From Rebecca billardiae RCC1528 (Eukaryota > Protista > Haptophyta), in assembly GCA_965240325.2 (NCBI GenBank), contig OZ251252.1:1-64000 (forward strand): a stretch of 64,000 bases of DNA. The letters run 5' to 3'. The stretch's first letter is position 1. Every line of letters begins with the position of its first letter. Under the pieces are notes generated by a model. The model saw only the letters and a list, made by a program, of their open reading frames with translations. It made no database searches and had not been told where the DNA came from. A program made the translations under genes and the position numbers. Of the stretch, positions 58,449-64,000 are shown piece after piece.

Positions 58449-59685
58449 GGCTGAGCAGGCGCCGAGGTCGAGGACCAGTGAGGCGGGGCGAGCACCGCGG
58501 CGGTGCAGCCGCACGGCGCTGACCGTGCCGCGTGCCGCGTGCGGCCTCGCGATGAGTACGGTACTGACGCCTGCTGAACCCGCGAGCCGGGGCGACCGGC
58601 GGGCGGGCGGACGCGCATCTCAATCGCAATTATCAGGCCGGCGCGGACGTTCCGACTGCAGGCTACGTATACGACTACTGTTACGAATATTATGACGACG
58701 GCCCGGCCTCAGACTATCCCGGATCATTATCTCACATCGACATCGTCATCTGACTGACATCTGTCAATATAATATATATATAATTAATATATAATAAAAC
58801 GGTTCTACTAGCTGCTGCTACTCAGTGAGGTTCCGAAGGTCGCGCACCGCGTGAATTAATATACGTACTGTAGTCGTACGAGTTGGCATATATATATGCA
58901 TCCCGATTGCCGATGCGCCGCCGCCGATTCCGATCACGGCGGATCATGATGCCGGCCGACGACTGACTCTGAGTGGGCTGTGCCGCGGCGCGCGGCGCTC
59001 TGATAGCGCTGACTACGAGTCGCCAGCCTCTGGCGGTCTGATCGGCCCGTGAACCGCTCACCTCATCATAATGCACATCATCTGCGCGGTCGGCCCGGTC
59101 ACACGAGTTCCGATGCCAGCGAATATTTGTAGGCACTGCCGGCGCGCGGCATTAAGGCCGCGGCGGGCGCGCAAGTTATCCTGCCCGAGTGGAACAGTAG
59201 CAGTAGCATCAGAGATGCCCGCAGCCATGCCACTACCATTCGCTCGTCCGCAAGCGATAGCAGCGAACCAGCCGCATGCGCATGGACTCAGCCGCGCAGC
59301 CGCCCCGGACCCGAGGCGTCGAACGGCCGCGCGGCGGAGGCTGGCGCGGGCGACGCGGTCTGACCGACCGCCCGTTGCGGACTTCGCAGTCCCAGCACGC
59401 GTCCACTCGGGCGGACTCGCGCGCAACCGTGGTCGACGCTGCAGGGAGGAGCGGCTCCACTCGCCGTAGCCGCGTCTGGTGCGCCCCTGCCGCCCAGCCG
59501 GCACGGGCTTGCTTGTTGGTGACCTTGTTGGTGCAGCGATGATCGAGCTGGCGCGGCCGCCATCGTGCAAGTTGCAACCCGAGCGGCAGGCCGAGCTGCT
59601 CGAGTGAACGGGAGCCGTTGTACGAGCGACGGCCTTGGCCACAGCGCCACCACCACCGCGAGGGGACGCGCGCGAGCGGGAGCAG

Positions 59686-62356
59686 ATGAGCGCGCAGCGG
59701 CCGAGCTCGCGGCACGGCGCGCCTGGCGGCATGCAGCGCCCCGGCTCGCGCGGCGGTGCGGGCGCGCCGCCGATGCCCGGCCCGACCGGCGGCGCCTCCG
59801 CCAACCCGTACGTGCAGGCGCAGCCGCCGATGGGTCCGGGCATGGGCGCGCCCGCGCCGATGGGCGGGCGGCCGGGCACGGGGCAGCGGCCGGGCACGGG
59901 CGCGGGCGGCGGCGCGCGCCCCGGCTCCGCCGCGCGGCAGGGCACCGCGGGCGGCCCCAAGAACTTTGGCGGCATCGGCCTGAACACGGCGGTGTCGGTC
60001 GAGCACCGGCCGGTCACGCAGCAGGGCATGCGCGGCTCGACGGCGGTGGGCGCGCGCGCGGGGCCGGGGCGGCAGATCCAGGACCGGAACTACTTCCTGG
60101 GCGAGCTGCGCGCGCGGTGCACCGAGGTCGAGGACGAGACGGCCAAGCTCACCGCGCAGGCCGAGGCGGCGCGCGAGGACAATGCGTCGTACGGCGCGCT
60201 CGAGCGCAAGTACGAGGGGCTGTCCAACGAGATGCGCGCGCTGCAGGGGCAGCTGGCGGACTACAACCTGCTGCTCGACCGCTCGCGGCTCGGCCGCGAG
60301 CCCGCGGACATCTTCGACGAGACGGCGCAGCTCAAGGTGCGCGCGCGCGCCGCGCGGCCGCGCGCCGCGCGCCTCCGCTCGCGGTGCTCGCGCCGCCGAC
60401 GCGCGCGCCCCCCGGCGCGCGGCCGTTGCTGCGACCGCGCGCGCGCGGCCGGCGCGCAGGCGACGAACGCGCAGGAGCGGCAGCTCGCGGACTCGCTCTT
60501 CAACGGGCGGCAGGTCGCGGAGGCGCGCATCCGCGAGCTCGAGGGCGCGATGTTCGAGCACTCGCAGCGGCTGGCTGAGCGCATGGCGGAGATGGAGCCG
60601 TCCAAGCGCGAGCTGTTCGCAAGGCTGCAGGAGGAGAAGGGCGCGCTGCTCGCCGAGCTGCCCAAGCGGCAGGCGGCGCTGCTCGAGCTCACCGAGCGGG
60701 TGGCCGCGGCGGAGGCGGCGGCGGCGCGCGACGCGGGCCGCGCCGAGCTCGTCTCGCTGCACGCCTCGATCCGGAGCCTCACCGAGCGCGTGAGCGGCCT
60801 GCAGGACTCGGCGGAGGAGGTGCCGCTGAGCGCGGAGCAGCAGCGCGACAGGCTGCTGGCCAACGTCAAGCGGCAGAACGCGGAGATCCAGGCGGCGGAG
60901 AAGGTGCGTGGCAGCCGGGGGTGGCGCGTGGGCGGGGCGGCAGCGCGCGCTCCACACGCCCCATCTGTCCCTCCTTCCCGCCTGCCCCCGCTGACCCTCT
61001 GCCCCGCCCGGCGTGCCGCTGCCGCTGCCTCTGCCGCTGCCGCTGCCGCTGCCTCTGCCGCTGCCGCTGCCGCTGCCTCTGCCGCTGCCGCTGCCGCTGC
61101 CTCTGCCTCTGCCGCTGCCCCTGCCTCTGCCCCTGCCTCTGCCGCTGCCCCTGCCTCTGCCACGCTGCCTCTGCATCTGCCGCTGCGACGCTGCGTCAGA
61201 CGATCGGCGAGGCTGGCGAGCAGCTCAAGAAGCACCGCGCGCAGCTGAGCAACATCAACCAGGAGCTGCAGCGCGCGGGCGGCGGCGCGGGGCCCAACGG
61301 CGACGGCGGGTCTGCGGACAAGGAGGCCAAGTACGAGCAGCTGCTGGCGCGCGACGCGGAGATGCAGCAGCTGATCGACACGTTCGACGAGACGCACGCG
61401 GCCGAGACGGCGCGGCTGGACGAGCTGCGCGCGCAGATCACCGCCGCGCTGACGGGGATCTCGAAGCAGCTCGAGGCGTCGGCGACGCTCGAGAGCGGCG
61501 GCGGCGGCGAGGCCGGCAACGGCGTCTCCGCCGCGCAGCTCGCCGAGCTTCGCTCCGAGCTCTCGTTCAAGGCGGGGCAGATGGAGGCGGCCGAGCGCAC
61601 CGCGCAGCGGCTGGTCGCGGAGAAGGAGAAGCGGTGAGCGCGGCTGGCTGCGCGTGTGGCACCCCGGCCCTGCCTGCCTCCGCGCGCGCACGCGCGCGCC
61701 CACCTCACGGCGCGGCGGCGCGCGTGCCGCTGCACTCACGCAACCCCTCGCCCGCGCGCCCGCGCGCCCGCGCGCCCGCGCGCCCGCGCGTGCGCGCTGC
61801 GCAGGCACAACGAGCTCGAGAAGATCAAGACGCTCGACGCCAAGATCTCGCACGAGCTCGGCCAGCTCACCGACAAGATGGGCTCGATGACGTCCGAGCT
61901 CGCCTCGTTCAAGGACATCCGGCAGCTCAAGGAAGACGCCGAGATGCGCCGCCAGACCTACTCGGACGCGCGCGGCACGCTGCGCGCGCGGCAGGAGGCG
62001 GCGCGCCGCGCGGGCGTGCAGCGCAAGGCGCTGTACGAGCAGGCCAAGGCCGCGCTCGCAGACGACCAGACCGCCGCCGGGCTCGAGGCGCTCGAGCAGA
62101 AGCTGCGCCACTACGAGAGCACCGTGTTCATGCTGCAGGAGTACGTGCACGCAAAGGTGCGCAGCGCCGCGCGGCGGGGTGGTGCGCGGCGCGGCGCGCG
62201 GCGCGGCCTCGCTCACGCGCGCGCGTCCCGGTGGTGGCCTGCTCGGCGGCGCGCGCGCAGGGCCGCGAGTCCGACTTTGCGACCCTCAAGGGTGACTGCG
62301 AGAACATGCTTGGCACCATCAACCGCACCGCGCTGCTCGTCATGCGCGACCGCTAG
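59686..62356 (+). CDS. IFT74: Intraflagellar transport protein 74/72
   Basis: Basic RPGT/RPGS N-terminus; V.HRPVTQQGM, GPGRQIQDRNYFLGELR, LQGQLADYNLLLD and C-terminal LEQKLRHYESTVFMLQEYV..K.RESDF. Four GT-AG introns. Confidence 0.93.
61013..61165. repeat. Intronic hexamer microsatellite (GCCGCT/GCCTCT/GCCCCT)n
   Basis: About 25 hexamer units inside IFT74 intron 60904-61199. Confidence 0.9.
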
Positions 62357-63514
62357 CCGCGCCCGGACGCGTGCCACAGGCATCGCCGCCTGTCACGGCG
62401 CGGCGGCCTCGTTGGTCGAGCGAGTGGAGCGACCCGCGTCCCTCGCGTCGGCGTGGGCAGAGCCGGCGGCATGATGAGATGGGCAGGCTGCAGAGTGCAG
62501 TCGGGTCCCCTCACGGTAATACTCCTGCTTCGGCACACATCTTTAATGAACTACTATGGTGTCAGCCCAATGACTCAAATGAGGCCTACTCCTCATCCCA
62601 CCGGTATCATATATATATGGGCGTGCAGGGGTAAGGTGGTTCCCTAAAATCCCCTAGCTGTATGTGAGCCTGCCCCTGCACAGGTACAATTTTGACGGGC
62701 ACATCCAATAAGGTCTGGCGCTCTGCAGTGGCGGATGCCAGCTGAAACTGGGGCTTTTGGCCCAGTTTGCGATGGCACAGTGGGGGGCTTCGCGGGTCAG
62801 TAAACTGGGGAAAAGCCTCAGTTTCAGATGGCACGCGCCCACTGCGGCCGTGCCATCGCAAACTGGGCCGAATCGCCCAGTTTGCGTGTGCACGGGGACG
62901 CACTGCGGCCGGCTGCAACTTGGCTCAGCATGGGGCAGCTGTCCACAGCCCAGGCGGGGCGTCACCGCCTGCGGGCCGCCGGTGGGCAGGGCCGACGGCG
63001 TCGCAGAGCTCATGCGTGGGAGCGGCGCGTTGAGAAGGCAACCAAGGTCGAGAAGGAGGGGGCAAGGCCGGCAAGCAGCAGGGGCCACCGGTACGTTCGT
63101 ACATGCCTCCACACCGGTGCACATCACCCTTGCTCGCGGCCGTGACCTGTGCTGGCACTCACCTCATCATCGCCCACCATGCAGTGGCGGCCGAGCTAAG
63201 GCGAATACTCACAGGCACCGAACACGCATCGGCGGTGCCCACTGGTGCTGGCATGCTGTCCTCTACTTGCTGTCGGACAGCAAGCGGAGACGGCACCGCC
63301 GCAGCTGCGAGCGGGTGAGGTGCTGCTCTGCTCAGCGAGGCTGAGAGGCTGAGCACGGATCACGGATGGTGAGCCCTGGTCTCTCAACGCATCCAGGAGA
63401 GCAGTTGGTGCATAACTGTGCTCAGGCGTGCAGGACCAACCATCCGGTGCTGCTTCAAGCACCCGCGCCAACAGCGGCGGTACTCAACTCCACGCTGCTC
63501 ATGCGGCCACACAG

Positions 63515-64000
63515 CTGCAGGGATGGTGCCACGGCGGGCGGCGGCGGTCGACGCAGCTGTCAGCTCGGCGGTGCGCGCCCGAGGGGCCTAGGCGACGAAC
63601 GCGCCGAGCGCGGTGTGGCTGCTCGCTTCGCCCAGCGCGCGCGAGCCGCTGCCATCGGGCGCTGCTGCGCCCGCGCCCAGCCGGGGCAGCAGCAGCTGCG
63701 CTCGACTCCGCGCCGAGTGCGGCGGCAGCAGCGGGGATGGTGCCACGGCGGGCGGCGGCGGTCGCTGGAGCTGGCAGCTCGGTGGTCTGCGCCCGAGGAG
63801 CCTGGGCGCTGGGCGCACCGAGCGCGGTGACGCTGCTCGCCTCGCCCAACGCGCTGGAGCCGCTGCCACCGGGCGCCGCTGCGCCCGCGCCCAGCTTGGG
63901 CAGCAGCAGCTGCGCTCGACTCCGCGCCGAGTGCGGCGGCAGCAGCAGGGATGGTGACACGGCGGGCGGCGGCGGTCGCTGGAGCTGGCAGCTCGGTGGT
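63515..64000. repeat. 214-bp tandem repeat running off the window edge
   Basis: GGATGGTG(C/A)CACGGCGGGCGGCGGCGGTCG at 63521, 63735 and 63949 (period 214). Confidence 0.9.

Noticed and set aside
1-64000. tRNA/rRNA genes, or an intact transposase, reverse transcriptase or Fanzor
   Set aside because: No cloverleaf, rRNA-like, DDE, YxDD or RuvC motifs recognised by eye; a covariance/HMM search could still find divergent ones.

Overview
Left end of a very GC-rich eukaryotic chromosome. It begins with about 1.33 kb of (CCCTAA)n telomere, followed by about 11 kb of subtelomeric repeats and transposon debris. Beyond that, islands of mostly intron-containing genes, usually in head-to-head pairs, alternate with TE-rich stretches. 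The GC content, CG-rich short GT-AG introns, flagellar genes and a bipartite-targeted SET protein suggest a flagellated alga with a complex plastid, possibly a Pavlovales haptophyte such as Diacronema (inference only). Recognisable genes: BAT2_N/MOS1-like protein, LSMT-like SET methyltransferase, V-ATPase subunit C, GT8 glycosyltransferase, beta-propeller glycoside-hydrolase-like protein, hybrid histidine kinase, ODA docking-complex (ODAD1/CCDC114-like) protein, degenerate NDK with a Dpy-30/RIIa-like domain, PNUTS/PPP1R10-like protein and IFT74. The most unusual signal is a cluster of foldback elements at 41.8-53.8 kb. Two of them have unrelated termini and different target-site duplications, yet carry the same diverged ~0.9 kb cassette: inverted arms ending at convergent gccATGCCGCC, with ATG-to-CAT spans of 343 and 342 nt. 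The arms are nearly identical within each element but clearly diverged between elements. All alignments were made by eye; no database search was possible.
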